Below are positions 19,838-30,281 of a stretch of DNA of 64,000 nucleotides, piece by piece. The position numbers and the translations under genes are program-made. The number at the start of each line of letters is the position of its first letter. The stretch's first letter is position 1. The notes below the pieces were generated by a model, which was given only the letters and a program-made list of their open reading frames with translations, did not search any database and was not told the origin of the DNA. This DNA comes from Bacteroidales bacterium (GTDB lineage Bacteria; Bacteroidota; Bacteroidia; Bacteroidales; GCA-2711565). The stretch spans positions 2,300,376 through 2,364,375 of the forward strand of contig OY760934.1 of the NCBI GenBank assembly GCA_963664245.1, given 5' to 3'.

Positions 19838-20452
19838 TTATTCATTTGTGGGATAAACCTTTGTTAAGGGGTCAAATAAATATAACTTATTATTATCCAA
19901 ACATAAACATTTAATGCGTTTTCGCCGTTGTTCGATGCGCTCAAACATTTTCCCGTTGCGATACGTGAAGCGGCTTTTATCGGGGAGTTCTTCAACAAAA
20001 GTTCCGTCTTCTTGATTGGTATCGTATTTTTTGAGAACCCTTGCCATGGTTAAATTTGCATTGCTTGAAGCACTCGGGTTTTTTAAATAATTTTTCAGGG
20101 CAATTTCAACCTCATAAGGAAAAATATTTTTGGCAAAATAGGGCTGCATCAATTCCCTGAAACAATATTTCCATTCTTTCCCGTGTGGGCGAGCTTGGTG
20201 TTTATAATTTTCGAATACCACCAAATGGGCAATTTCATGAACAAGAGTAATTAAAAACGAATACGGATTTAAATTGTGATTGATAGAAATCCGATAAGGC
20301 TCTCCCTTCAATCCAGGACGGAAATCCCCCAATTTTGTATGCCTGTTTTTGCTGATCCTTAGGTGGATTTTATATCGGACAATGCTTTCAAAAATCCCTT
20401 CAACAGCATCTTTTGGAAGATATTTTTTAAGAATTTCTATGTACTGTTGCAT
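19838..20452 (-). CDS. SprT-like zinc metalloprotease domain protein
   Basis: 204 aa with the HExxH motif in LVHEIAHLVV and the SprT-like context YRISINHNLNPYSFLITL. Confidence 0.65.
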   Translation of the reverse strand: MQQYIEILKKYLPKDAVEGIFESIVRYKIHLRISKNRHTKLGDFRPGLKGEPYRISINHNLNPYSFLITLVHEIAHLVVFENYKHQARPHGKEWKYCFRELMQPYFAKNIFPYEVEIALKNYLKNPSASSNANLTMARVLKKYDTNQEDGTFVEELPDKSRFTYRNGKMFERIEQRRKRIKCLCLDNNKLYLFDPLTKVYPTNE

Positions 20453-20609
20453 GAAATTGATTTTGGGTTTGGTTGAATGTCCAGGTTGGGCAGTTGCATT
20501 TTTTCTTTACCCGTCGGCGTTTATATTGTGTGTTTTTGCTGCTTTGGCAAGAACAAAATAAAAATATCAAAAAGATAAAAATGAAAAAATAGTTGTTTTT
20601 CAATCGCAT
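20427..20609 (-). CDS. possible small lipoprotein (60 aa)
   Basis: Signal-peptide-like N-terminus with the lipobox-like LFCSC and a basic stretch KRRRVKKKCNCPTW. It overlaps the SprT-like start by 26 nt and has no other support. Confidence 0.2.
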   Translation of the reverse strand: MRLKNNYFFIFIFLIFLFCSCQSSKNTQYKRRRVKKKCNCPTWTFNQTQNQFHATVHRNS

Positions 20610-20801
20610 TTGTTTTTTATTTCAAAACTACACAAAACACAAAATATTGTTTGGGCTTTTGGGTAAAAAAATGAAATAAGCATAAATTTTTTTAATCAAG
20701 GGTTTATCGGTTAAAATGATTAAAAATTTTAAACAGATGAAAAATATCTTTTTAGTCGGTCGGTAAATATTCATTAACTTAGCAAAAACAAAGCGATTTT
20801 T

Positions 20802-21536
20802 ATGATTAGTTCTGTTGGAAGGTATGTCTTGTTGATGCGCGAAGCTTTTCGTCGCCCAGACAAAAGTCGCGTATTTCGTAAGCAGTTGATGTTTGAGTTT
20901 GAGAGCCTGGGGATTCAATCGCTAGGGATTGTTTTGTTTATTTCGGCTTTCACTGGCGGAATCGCCGCACTTCAAACGGCTTATAATATCGATAGCCCGC
21001 TGATTCCTTTAACCATGGTTGGTTTTGTTACCCGCCAATCCATTGTTCTTGAATTTTCACCAACCATTATCAGTTTGATTTTAGTGGGCAAGGTGGGTTC
21101 GCGCATTACTTCCGAAATTGGTACCATGAAGGTTACCGAACAAATTGATGCTTTGAAGATTATGGGCGTAAATCCAGCCAATTATTTGATTTTACCCAAG
21201 ATTACGGCTGCCATGATTATCAATCCTATACTTATTATATTCAGTATTTTCATCAGTTTGCTTGGTGGTTATTTGGCTTGCGAACTCTCGGGTCTGGTTA
21301 CGCTGGCCGATTATTTTGCCGGCTTGCGCTATGACTTTGAACCCTTCACCATTACTTATGCATTGATTAAAACCGTGGTTTTTGCATTTTTGATTACTTC
21401 GGTTTCCGGTTTTTACGGGTATTATACCGAGGGGGGAGCCATTGAAGTGGGAAGTTCCAGTACAAAAGCGGTGGTAAACACCAGTATATTAATAATTATT
21501 TTCGATTTGGTTTTAACACAATTACTGTTGGTATGA
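20802..21536 (+). CDS. mlaE: MlaE-family ABC transporter permease
   Basis: 244 aa. Typical MlaE/YrbE pattern (GVGxxxxEIGTMKVTEQIDALKIMGVNP) with hydrophobic helices throughout. Confidence 0.85.
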   Translation: MISSVGRYVLLMREAFRRPDKSRVFRKQLMFEFESLGIQSLGIVLFISAFTGGIAALQTAYNIDSPLIPLTMVGFVTRQSIVLEFSPTIISLILVGKVGSRITSEIGTMKVTEQIDALKIMGVNPANYLILPKITAAMIINPILIIFSIFISLLGGYLACELSGLVTLADYFAGLRYDFEPFTITYALIKTVVFAFLITSVSGFYGYYTEGGAIEVGSSSTKAVVNTSILIIIFDLVLTQLLLV

Positions 21537-22294
21537 TAGAGGTTCGGAATATTTATAAATCCTTTGGCGATCATCACGTGTTAAAAGATGTTTCGGCGAC
21601 CTTTGAAAACGGGCAAACCAACCTGATTATTGGGCAAAGCGGTTCAGGTAAAACTGTTTTGATGAAATGCCTGGTGGGGCTGTATTCGGCCGACAAAGGC
21701 GAGGTGATTTACGATGGGCGGATTTTCTCGCAGATGCCTGAAAAAGAAAAAATGAGCATCCGGAAAGAAGTGGGCATGCTTTTCCAGGGAGGGGCTTTGT
21801 TCGACTCTAAAACCGTTGAAGAAAATGTAATGTTTCCGCTTTCGATGTTTACCAATCAGTCGTTCGAAGAAAAACGCGAGCGGGTAAATTTTTGTTTAAA
21901 ACGGGTGAACCTCGAAAATGCTAATAAATTATATCCTTCCGAATTAAGCGGCGGTATGACTAAAAGGGTGGCCATTGCAAGGGCGATTTCAGTAAACCCC
22001 AAATATTTGTTTTGTGATGAACCAAACTCCGGGCTCGATCCACGAACAGCAGGAGTAATTGATAATTTAATTAGCGAAATTACCGAAGAATATAAAATGA
22101 CTACCATTGTTAACACCCACGATATGAACTCAGTGCTGGAAATAGGGACAAAAGTTATTTTTGTTCACAAAGGGCAACTGTGGTGGACCGGGGATAAAAA
22201 CGAAATTTTAGATACAGATAACGAAGAATTAAGTGATTTTATATTTGCCAGTGAGTTAACCCGCCGGTTAAAAAAATGGCGCAAAAAAAACTAA
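21533..22294 (+). CDS. mlaF: ABC transporter ATP-binding protein (MlaF-like)
   Basis: Walker A GQSGSGKT, signature LSGGMTKR and Walker B LFCDEP. It overlaps mlaE by 4 nt. Confidence 0.85.
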   Translation: MIEVRNIYKSFGDHHVLKDVSATFENGQTNLIIGQSGSGKTVLMKCLVGLYSADKGEVIYDGRIFSQMPEKEKMSIRKEVGMLFQGGALFDSKTVEENVMFPLSMFTNQSFEEKRERVNFCLKRVNLENANKLYPSELSGGMTKRVAIARAISVNPKYLFCDEPNSGLDPRTAGVIDNLISEITEEYKMTTIVNTHDMNSVLEIGTKVIFVHKGQLWWTGDKNEILDTDNEELSDFIFASELTRRLKKWRKKN

Positions 22295-22298
22295 TAGC

Positions 22299-22832
22299 AT
22301 GAATGTTTTAGATATTATTTTACTGGTTCCTGTTTTATGGTTTGCCTATCGTGGCTTTAACAAAGGTTTTATAATTGAACTAAGTTCATTGGTAGCTTTG
22401 GTATTGGGAATTTATGTTGCCATTAATTTTTCGGGTTTTACCGCTTCGTGGCTGGTTAAGAATTTTGAGATCAGCGAAAAATATTTAACCATCATTTCAT
22501 TTATTGTCACGTTCATCGCGGTGGTATTTGGGGTGTTTATGGTTGGAAAAATACTGGAAAAATTTGTAGACGTTTTATTGCTGGGCTTTATTAACAAATT
22601 AGCCGGAGGTGCTTTTGGTATTGTAAAAGCGGCTTTTTTAATGAGTGTCATCCTTTGGATCATCAACAGCCTCGATCCGGGCGATTTTATCATTAAACAA
22701 AAAACCCGCGAAGGATCTATGTTGTACGAACATGTTGAATGGTTTGCCCCAGCCGTTATCCCGAAATTGAAATTGGAAAAATTCAATGAGATAAATATTC
22801 CTGATCCAGAAGATATTGTCCGCGGAATTTAA
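22299..22832 (+). CDS. CvpA-family membrane protein
   Basis: 177 aa with four hydrophobic helices and an N-terminal pattern (LDIILLVPVLWFAYRGFNKGFI) typical of CvpA. Confidence 0.65.
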   Translation: MNVLDIILLVPVLWFAYRGFNKGFIIELSSLVALVLGIYVAINFSGFTASWLVKNFEISEKYLTIISFIVTFIAVVFGVFMVGKILEKFVDVLLLGFINKLAGGAFGIVKAAFLMSVILWIINSLDPGDFIIKQKTREGSMLYEHVEWFAPAVIPKLKLEKFNEINIPDPEDIVRGI

Positions 22833-23341
22833 TTTTCCAGGTCTTTTTTTATGGCTTCAATAATTCGTTCGAACCCTTCTTCGGAATACCCACATTCCTG
22901 GAGAATAACTCTCCCATCTTTACCGATCACTATGTTTCTCGGGATATATTTTGAAAAGAAAATTTCATAAACAGTCTGGTTTTCGTCCGGGCAAATAGGA
23001 AAAGTAAATCCTTTCTCCTTGTTCCATTTTATCAAGTCTTCGGCATTATGCCCCCGGCCAAAGGCTAAAATTACAAGGTTCTCATCGGTAATTCCTTCTT
23101 TAATTTGTTTCTGTATCACGGGCAATCCTTTCAGGCAGGGCGAACACCAGGTTGAAAAAAAGTTGAGAAAAATAGTTTTTCCTTCAAAATCTTTGATGTT
23201 GGCTATTGTGCCATCCAAAGTTGTGAACGAAAACGCAGGAATTTTATCCCCGGTGTTTAACAAATTATGGCTATTCGGATCGTCCGAACAGGAAAAAGAA
23301 AAAAATGAGATGAACAAAAAAACAAAAATGCTTTTTTTCAT
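22829..23341 (-). CDS. TlpA/redoxin-family thiol:disulfide oxidoreductase, lipoprotein
   Basis: Signal plus lipobox (FSFSCSDD), with the thioredoxin-fold active site WCSPC. Confidence 0.75.
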   Translation of the reverse strand: MKKSIFVFLFISFFSFSCSDDPNSHNLLNTGDKIPAFSFTTLDGTIANIKDFEGKTIFLNFFSTWCSPCLKGLPVIQKQIKEGITDENLVILAFGRGHNAEDLIKWNKEKGFTFPICPDENQTVYEIFFSKYIPRNIVIGKDGRVILQECGYSEEGFERIIEAIKKDLEN

Positions 23342-23347
23342 GATCGA

Positions 23348-24538
23348 TTATTTTTCGATGGCTTTAACCCCGGGAAGTTCTTTGCCTTCAATGTATTCAA
23401 GCATGGCTCCTCCCCCGGTTGAAACGTAACTTACTTTTTCTTTTAAGTTGTATTTATTAATGGCTGCCACAGAATCTCCGCCGCCAATCAATGAAAAAGC
23501 GCCTTTAGAGGTAGCTTTGGCAATGTTTTCGGCAATGACCTTAGTTCCTTCCTCAAAGTTCGACATTTCAAAAACGCCCATGGGCCCGTTCCATAAAATA
23601 CTGGCTGAACCGGCAATGACTTCTGAGAATTTTTTAATGGTTTTTGGCCCAATGTCCAATCCCATCCAGCCATCAGGAATGTCATAAGAACTACAATAAT
23701 TACTTTCAGCTTCGTTTGAAAACTCATGAGCAATTTTGGCATCCAGTGGGAGGAACAGTTTTACATTTTTTTCTTTCGCTTTTTCAATGGCAGCATGAGC
23801 AGTTTCGAGCAATTCTTCTTCAATTAACGAGTTCCCGATATTTCCATTCATGGCTTTAATAAAGGTGAACATCATGCCTCCGCCAATGATTAAATTATCA
23901 ACCTTGTCCAGTAAATTATTAATGATCTCGATTTTCCCGGAAACCTTTGCACCGCCCAATATTGCCGTTAATGGCTGAGCCGGGTTGTGTAAAATTTTAT
24001 TAATGTTTTCAACCTCGTTTCCCATGATGTACCCAAACGCTTTTTGTTCGCCAAAAAATTGTGCAATTACCGCCGTGGAAGCATGCGCCCGGTGGGCAGT
24101 TCCAAAAGCATCATTCACGTAAATATCGCCCAAAGCTGAAAGTTTTTGGGCAAATTTTAAATCACCCTTGGTTTCTTCTTTATAAAAACGAAGATTTTCC
24201 AGTAACAAAACTTCATTTCTTTTCAAACCTTTTGAAAATTTAAGGGCCTCTTCGCCAATACAATCGTTCGCAAACAAAACATTTACGCCTAATTGTTCTT
24301 TCAGGTAAGGAAGCAAATGTTTTAACGAAAATTTTTCTTCCGGACCTTCTTTGGGTCGGCCTAAATGCGACATTAAAACAACCGATCCGTCTTCTTCCAA
24401 TATTTTTTTAATGGTTGGCAGGGCGGCATCAATGCGGGTGGTGTCGGTAATTTCAAATTTATCATTCAGGGGAACGTTGAAATCTACTCTGATTAAAACT
24501 TTTTTATCCTTTAAATTAAGAGAATCAATTGTTTTCAT
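23348..24538 (-). CDS. pgk: phosphoglycerate kinase
   Basis: 396 aa with RVDFNVP, SHLGRPKG-like SHLGRPKEG and GGGDS...STGGGA motifs. Confidence 0.95.
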   Translation of the reverse strand: MKTIDSLNLKDKKVLIRVDFNVPLNDKFEITDTTRIDAALPTIKKILEEDGSVVLMSHLGRPKEGPEEKFSLKHLLPYLKEQLGVNVLFANDCIGEEALKFSKGLKRNEVLLLENLRFYKEETKGDLKFAQKLSALGDIYVNDAFGTAHRAHASTAVIAQFFGEQKAFGYIMGNEVENINKILHNPAQPLTAILGGAKVSGKIEIINNLLDKVDNLIIGGGMMFTFIKAMNGNIGNSLIEEELLETAHAAIEKAKEKNVKLFLPLDAKIAHEFSNEAESNYCSSYDIPDGWMGLDIGPKTIKKFSEVIAGSASILWNGPMGVFEMSNFEEGTKVIAENIAKATSKGAFSLIGGGDSVAAINKYNLKEKVSYVSTGGGAMLEYIEGKELPGVKAIEK

Positions 24539-24595
24539 GTTAACAAATTTATGAGGTTGAGATAGTTCAAATTTACGATTTCTGTGAATATTATC

Positions 24596-24603
24596 TAACT
24601 TTG
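24596..24603 (+). promoter_or_regulatory. Bacteroidota -7 promoter box TAACTTTG
   Basis: Matches TAnnTTTG, with 19 nt between the box and the ATG at 24623. Confidence 0.4.
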
Positions 24604-24622
24604 TGTGATAAATTAAAGAAAC

Positions 24623-25780
24623 ATGTTAGAGTTCGAAGGTAATATCATTTCAAAACTTCCCAGTGTGCAAACATCTATTTTTGCGGTGATGAGCGGGATG
24701 GCTGTTGAACACAAAGCCGTAAACTTATCGCAGGGTTTCCCCGATTTTCCGGTGGCTCCCAAATTGATTGACCGCATTCATCACTACATGAAAAAAGGGA
24801 TGAACCAATATGCTCCCATGCCGGGAGTTCCGGTGCTGAGAAAACAAATTGCAGAAACCGTTGAAAAACTGCACGGGGTAGCCTATGATCCGGATAAAGA
24901 AATTAATATTGTTGCCGGTGCCACCGAAGGAATTTTTGCAATTATTTCGGCGGTTATCAAAGACGAAGACGAGGCCATTATTTTTGAACCGGCTTACGAC
25001 AGTTATGCTCCGGCTATAAAATTAAATGGGGGCATTGTAAAATATGCCGAGCTTAAAATGCCCGATTATCACGTAGATTGGGAAGAAGTAAGTCGTATGA
25101 TTACCCATCGCACCAAACTGATAATTATTAATACTCCTCATAATCCTACCGGAAGTATTTTACGGGCCGAAGACATGCATCGTTTGGGCGAGCTTATCAA
25201 AAATACTGACATCATGGTTTTGAGCGATGAGGTTTATGAACACATTATTTTTGATGGAATTACACACGAAAGTGCCTGTCGCTTTCCCGATTTGGTGAAT
25301 CGCACCTTTATAGTTGGTTCGTTTGGAAAAACTTTTCATGCCACCGGCTGGAAAATGGGATTTGTGCTGGCCCCGGCTCAGTTAATGGCCGAATTCCGCA
25401 AGACCCACCAGTTTGTTGTTTTTGCCGTGAACACCCCCATCCAATACGCCATCGCTGATTTTCTTAAAAATGAAAAAAACTACACAGGCGTGAGCGCGAT
25501 GTATGAAAAAAAACGCGATTATTTTGTTTCCAGGTTGGAAAAATCCCGCTTTAAAGTAGTTCCTTGTTATGGTACTTATTTTCAATTGCTCGATTATTCC
25601 GAAATTTCAGATGAACCGGAAATGGAATTTGCCAGCCGTTTGGTTAAAGAATTTAAAATCGCTTCGGTTCCGATTTCATCATTTTATCACGACGGGCAAA
25701 ATAACAAGCGGTTGCGTTTTTGTTTTGCCAAAGAAGAAAAAACCCTTGATAAAGCAGCTAAAATTTTATGCAAGATTTAA
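24623..25780 (+). CDS. class I/II PLP-dependent aminotransferase (methionine/glutamine transaminase YbdL-like)
   Basis: 385 aa with NTPHNPTG and the PLP lysine context SFGKTFHATGWKMG. Confidence 0.8.
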   Translation: MLEFEGNIISKLPSVQTSIFAVMSGMAVEHKAVNLSQGFPDFPVAPKLIDRIHHYMKKGMNQYAPMPGVPVLRKQIAETVEKLHGVAYDPDKEINIVAGATEGIFAIISAVIKDEDEAIIFEPAYDSYAPAIKLNGGIVKYAELKMPDYHVDWEEVSRMITHRTKLIIINTPHNPTGSILRAEDMHRLGELIKNTDIMVLSDEVYEHIIFDGITHESACRFPDLVNRTFIVGSFGKTFHATGWKMGFVLAPAQLMAEFRKTHQFVVFAVNTPIQYAIADFLKNEKNYTGVSAMYEKKRDYFVSRLEKSRFKVVPCYGTYFQLLDYSEISDEPEMEFASRLVKEFKIASVPISSFYHDGQNNKRLRFCFAKEEKTLDKAAKILCKI

Positions 25781-26559
25781 AACTTAGTATCATTCAAAGC
25801 GATTTAATTTGGGAAGATATTCAGGCGAATATTGATGTTTTCGATCAAAAAATAAATCAAATCCCCGATGAGGTTGATTTAATTGTTTTGCCCGAAGCTT
25901 TCAACACGGGTTTCCCGGTTGATCCGGAAAAATTTGCCGAAACCTACGAAGGAAAAACTCTTAGCTGGATGAAAGCCAAAGCTGCTGAAAAAAATACCGT
26001 AATTACGGGCAGCCTGCTCATCGAAGAAAATGCTAAATATTACAACATGTTGGTTTGGATGCAGCCTGATGGCCGCTTTGAAACCTATGCCAAACGGCAT
26101 TTATTTCATTTGGGCGAAGAAGCCGACACCATTAGTCCCGGACAAAAACAATTGGTTTGTGAATTAAAAGGATGGAAAATCAAACCCTTGATTTGTTACG
26201 ATCTCCGTTTTCCGGTATGGAGCAAAAACACTTTTGACGGAACAAATTTTGAGTACGATCTATTAATTTACGTGGCCAACTGGCCTTCGGCCCGGATGTA
26301 CCCCTGGCGACAATTATTGATTGCCCGTGCCCTGGAAAACCAGAGTTACGTTGTTGGTTTGAACCGCATCGGGAAAGATGAGGTTGGTAATACTTATACC
26401 GGCGAATCCATAATTGTTGATCCCAAGGGGCAAATTATTTCTGATCTTCCGAAGAATAACGAAAGTATTTTTACCACTTCCCTTTCTGTAAAAATGATGA
26501 ACGATTTCAGAAAAAAATTTAATGTCGGCTACGATTGGGATCAGTTTAAAATCATTTAA
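25768..26559 (+). CDS. nitrilase-superfamily amidohydrolase (omega-amidase YafV-like)
   Basis: 263 aa with the CN-hydrolase catalytic triad context LPEAFNTGF, YAKRHLF and LICYDLRFP. It overlaps the aminotransferase gene by 13 nt. Confidence 0.8.
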   Translation: MQDLKLSIIQSDLIWEDIQANIDVFDQKINQIPDEVDLIVLPEAFNTGFPVDPEKFAETYEGKTLSWMKAKAAEKNTVITGSLLIEENAKYYNMLVWMQPDGRFETYAKRHLFHLGEEADTISPGQKQLVCELKGWKIKPLICYDLRFPVWSKNTFDGTNFEYDLLIYVANWPSARMYPWRQLLIARALENQSYVVGLNRIGKDEVGNTYTGESIIVDPKGQIISDLPKNNESIFTTSLSVKMMNDFRKKFNVGYDWDQFKII

Positions 26560-26654
26560 ACCGGCATTCTTTTGGTGGAAATAAAATTTCCTGTTTTTAT
26601 TTTATTATATTTGAGAATAAGAATTAATTTCGCAGCCGAAAAAAAATAAGCATA

Positions 26655-27995
26655 ATGAATATTATTATTGCCGGCGATGGGGAGGTTGGGTTGCACTTAG
26701 CCAAGCAGTTAGCTGACGAAAACCACAACATCACTATTGTTGACCCACATGAAGATTTATTGAAAATGGTTGAATCGCACACCGATTTAATGACCATTAC
26801 CGGAGATTCTTCCACCATTTCTGTTCTCAACAGGGCTAATGTTAAAAAAGCGGATTTGCTAATTTCTGTTGTTCACGACGAACACGTTAACATAATCACA
26901 GCTATTCTCGGTAAAAAACTCGGAGCCAAAAAAGCAATTGCTCGTGTAAACAGTATGGAAAATCTCAGCGAAGAAAATCTTCAGATTTATGAGAGCCTGG
27001 GGATTGATGAACTGGTTTGTCCTGAAGAAATTGCAGCTACCGAAATTACCCATCTTTTACGGCAAACGGCAGCTACTGAAGTCTTTGATTTTTCAGACGG
27101 GAAGTTGTCTCTTTTTATGATTAAAATTGAAGAAGATGCTCCGGTAGCGAACAAAACACTTAATGAAATTGCTAAAGAATACCCGCATCTAAATTTTAGG
27201 GCGGTGGCCTTTCATCGTGATTCAAAAACAGTTATTCCGAGCGGAGATGATAAAATTCTTCCCGGGGATCTTTCTTATGTAATTACCAAAGAAGAAGGCA
27301 TTGACGAATTTATGACCCTGGGCGGTAAACAAAAAATTGATATTACCAATATCATGGTTGTTGGTGGAGGCCGTGTTGGAAGAACCACCTGTAAACGTCT
27401 GGAGCGGGAAATCAATATTAAACTGTTTGAAATGGACAAGGAAAAATGCATGCAACTAACAGATTTCCTTGACGAAACCTTGGTCATTAATGGTGATGCA
27501 AGGGACATTCAGTTATTGGTGGATGAAGATATTCAGGGTGTGGATGCGTTTATTGCCGTTACCGACAATTCCGAAACAAATATTTTAACCTGCTTGCATG
27601 CCCGGAAATTTGGGGTTAAAAAAACTATTGCACTGGTTGAAAACGTTGATTACATTGATATTTCCCAAAACATAGGTATTGATACTATCATCAACAAAAA
27701 ATTAATCACGGCCAGTTATATTGTCAGGTTTACCATGGGAGCCGAGGTAACATCAATCAAATGCTTGAGCGGTGTTGATGCTGAGGTGATGGAACTGGTT
27801 ACTAAACCGGGTTCTGCCGTTACAAAAAAACCAATAAAAAATTTGAATTTCCCGGAAGGAGCCATCATTGGGGGAATTGTCCGCGATGGCAAAAGTTTTA
27901 TTGCTACCGGCGATTTTCAAATTGCTGAGAACGACAAAGTGGTTGTGTTTTCAATGCCTTATGCCATTCAAAAAGTGGATAAGCTGTTTAACTAG
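26655..27995 (+). CDS. trkA: Trk system potassium uptake protein TrkA (two RCK/NAD-binding units)
   Basis: 446 aa with duplicated Rossmann motifs IIIAGDGEVG and IMVVGGGRVG. Confidence 0.9.
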   Translation: MNIIIAGDGEVGLHLAKQLADENHNITIVDPHEDLLKMVESHTDLMTITGDSSTISVLNRANVKKADLLISVVHDEHVNIITAILGKKLGAKKAIARVNSMENLSEENLQIYESLGIDELVCPEEIAATEITHLLRQTAATEVFDFSDGKLSLFMIKIEEDAPVANKTLNEIAKEYPHLNFRAVAFHRDSKTVIPSGDDKILPGDLSYVITKEEGIDEFMTLGGKQKIDITNIMVVGGGRVGRTTCKRLEREINIKLFEMDKEKCMQLTDFLDETLVINGDARDIQLLVDEDIQGVDAFIAVTDNSETNILTCLHARKFGVKKTIALVENVDYIDISQNIGIDTIINKKLITASYIVRFTMGAEVTSIKCLSGVDAEVMELVTKPGSAVTKKPIKNLNFPEGAIIGGIVRDGKSFIATGDFQIAENDKVVVFSMPYAIQKVDKLFN

Positions 27996-28048
27996 TATTT
28001 TGCCGTTGTTTTCAAATTGTTTAAATTCACCCCCTATTTTTTAATCTT

Positions 28049-29509
28049 ATGCCAAACCGGGTAGAAATAAATTTTAGGTTAATCTTTCGAATCATTGGCT
28101 TTTTATTGATGATTGAAGGAGCCTTTATGATGACCGGCTTGCCGTTTTCTTTTTTGTATGCCGATTCTTCGGGGCTTTCCCTTCTGTATGCCAGCCTTAT
28201 TACATTTACAACCGGGGCTTTTTTGCATTTTACACTGAAAAACGGCCATAAAAATATTTCCAAACGCGAAGGGTATTTAATTGTTACCCTAACCTGGGTT
28301 TGTACTTCTGTTTTTGGTTCTTTGCCCTTTATTTTTAGTGGAGCCATTCCTAACATAACCGATGCTTTTTTTGAAACCATGTCGGGGTTTACCACTACCG
28401 GGGCAAGTATTTTAAATGATATTGAAGCGGTTCCTAAAGATATTTTGTTTTGGAGGAGCATGACACACTGGATCGGTGGAATGGGAATCATTGTTCTTTC
28501 GGTGGCAATATTACCGGTTCTGGGAATTGGCGGCATGCAGCTTTTTGTGGCGGAAATGCCTGGCCCAACACCTGATAAACTTCATCCACGGATCACCCAA
28601 ACAGCCAAGCGCCTTTGGGGAATCTATGTTTTGTTGACCTTTGCCGAAACCGTCCTGCTTATGTTTGGTGGCATGGATATTTTTGAAGCTCTTTGCCACG
28701 CCTTTGGAACCATGGCAACCGGAGGGTTCTCAACACAAAACGACAGTGTTACTTCGTTCTCGCCATACATCCAGTATATTATTATTGTATTTATGGTTTT
28801 GGCCGGAACCAATTTTACGCTCCATTATTATGCGCTGATGGGAAAATTCGGGCAGGTTTGGAAAAACGAAGAATTCAAATATTATTTAAGTATTTTGTTT
28901 TTTGTTACCCTGATTATTTCGGTTTCCATCATCATTATTTCCAACACCAATGCCGAACAAGCAATCCGGGATTCATTATTCCAGGTGGTTTCTATTTTAA
29001 CCACTACGGGTTACGTTACTTCCGATTATTTGCTGTGGCCAGGAATACTTTGGTTTATCATATTTCTGCTGATGTTTATTGGAGGTAGTGCCGGATCAAC
29101 CGGCGGTGGGATGAAAATTATCCGTCAGTTATTATTGCTGAAAAACAGTGCCCTGGAACTAAAACGCTCGCTTCATCCAAATGCTATTATTCCGGTTAAG
29201 TATAACCAAAAATCGGTATCGGGGGAAATTATTTACAAGGTCATGGCGTTTTTCTTTATTTATATGCTAATTTTTGCTTTTGGAACCATGGTAATGACCA
29301 TTCTTGGATTGGACTTTGAAACATCCATTGGGGCTACTATTGCAACCCTTGGTAATATTGGTCCGGGCTTGGGCGATGTTGGGCCAACCGGTAATTATGC
29401 AGCAATTCCTGCTTTTGGAAAATGGTTCTTGTCGTTTTTAATGTTGCTCGGAAGACTTGAACTATTCACCGTCTTGATTATCTTTGCTCCATCATTCTGG
29501 AAAAAATAA
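28049..29509 (+). CDS. trkH: TrkH-family potassium transporter
   Basis: 486 aa polytopic membrane protein with repeated selectivity-filter-like motifs (TTTG, ATGG, TTTGY, GSTGGGMK). Confidence 0.9.
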   Translation: MPNRVEINFRLIFRIIGFLLMIEGAFMMTGLPFSFLYADSSGLSLLYASLITFTTGAFLHFTLKNGHKNISKREGYLIVTLTWVCTSVFGSLPFIFSGAIPNITDAFFETMSGFTTTGASILNDIEAVPKDILFWRSMTHWIGGMGIIVLSVAILPVLGIGGMQLFVAEMPGPTPDKLHPRITQTAKRLWGIYVLLTFAETVLLMFGGMDIFEALCHAFGTMATGGFSTQNDSVTSFSPYIQYIIIVFMVLAGTNFTLHYYALMGKFGQVWKNEEFKYYLSILFFVTLIISVSIIIISNTNAEQAIRDSLFQVVSILTTTGYVTSDYLLWPGILWFIIFLLMFIGGSAGSTGGGMKIIRQLLLLKNSALELKRSLHPNAIIPVKYNQKSVSGEIIYKVMAFFFIYMLIFAFGTMVMTILGLDFETSIGATIATLGNIGPGLGDVGPTGNYAAIPAFGKWFLSFLMLLGRLELFTVLIIFAPSFWKK

Positions 29510-29510
29510 A

Positions 29511-30281
29511 ATGCCAAAGCTGTCTGTTGTAATCATTACGTTTAATGAAGAAAAAAACATTGGAAGGTGTTTGGAATCGGTAAAAGACATTGCCGATGAG
29601 ATTGTTGTGGTCGATTCACTTTCTACAGACAGAACCAAAGAAATTTGTAAAAATTTTAATGTTCAGTTTTTTGAACAAAAATTCCTCGGATATATTGAGC
29701 AAAAAAATTTCGCACTAACAAAATCTACCCATCCTTTTGTGTTATCATTAGATGCTGATGAAGCTTTGTCGGAAGAGTTAAAACAATCGGTTCTTGAAGC
29801 AAAAAAAACGAATGGAAGTTATTGTTATACTGTAAACCGTTTAACCAATTATTGCGGAAGCTGGATCAAATACGGGGGCTGGTATCCCGATAAAAAACTT
29901 CGTTTGTTTGATAAAAATGCAGGAGCCTGGGGAGGTGTGAACCCGCACGATAGTTTTATCTTGAGTGAAAATGTTGAGGTAAAACATTTAAAAGGAGACC
30001 TGCTCCATTATTCGTATTATACCAAAGAAGATCACCTAAAACAGATCGAACATTTTACCAATATTCTTTCAAAATCGTTGTTTGAAAAAGGTAAAAAACC
30101 CCGATTTTTAAATTTTGTTTTTAATCCGGCATTTAAATTTATACGTGATTATATGTTGCGTTCGGGATTTTTGGACGGGAAAGCCGGCTTTCGAATAGCC
30201 CGCTTATCGGCTTATGCTACGTATTTAAAATATTTGAAGTTAAAACGTTTGTACAAACAACACCAGCATGAAAGTATTTAA
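29511..30281 (+). CDS. family 2 glycosyltransferase
   Basis: Start trimmed to ATG 29511, 2 nt after the trkH stop. It has the GT2 N-terminus LSVVIITFNEE and DSLSTD...DADE motifs. Confidence 0.8.
   Translation: MPKLSVVIITFNEEKNIGRCLESVKDIADEIVVVDSLSTDRTKEICKNFNVQFFEQKFLGYIEQKNFALTKSTHPFVLSLDADEALSEELKQSVLEAKKTNGSYCYTVNRLTNYCGSWIKYGGWYPDKKLRLFDKNAGAWGGVNPHDSFILSENVEVKHLKGDLLHYSYYTKEDHLKQIEHFTNILSKSLFEKGKKPRFLNFVFNPAFKFIRDYMLRSGFLDGKAGFRIARLSAYATYLKYLKLKRLYKQHQHESI

Noticed and set aside
20628-20918. 96-aa minus-strand ORF upstream of and overlapping mlaE
   Set aside because: It overlaps the mlaE start in antisense, and its AT-rich low-complexity sequence has no support.
24623-26559. Overlapping aminotransferase plus omega-amidase pair as something unusual
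   Set aside because: This is the known glutamine-transaminase/omega-amidase (glutaminase II, methionine-salvage-linked) pairing, which is ordinary metabolism.
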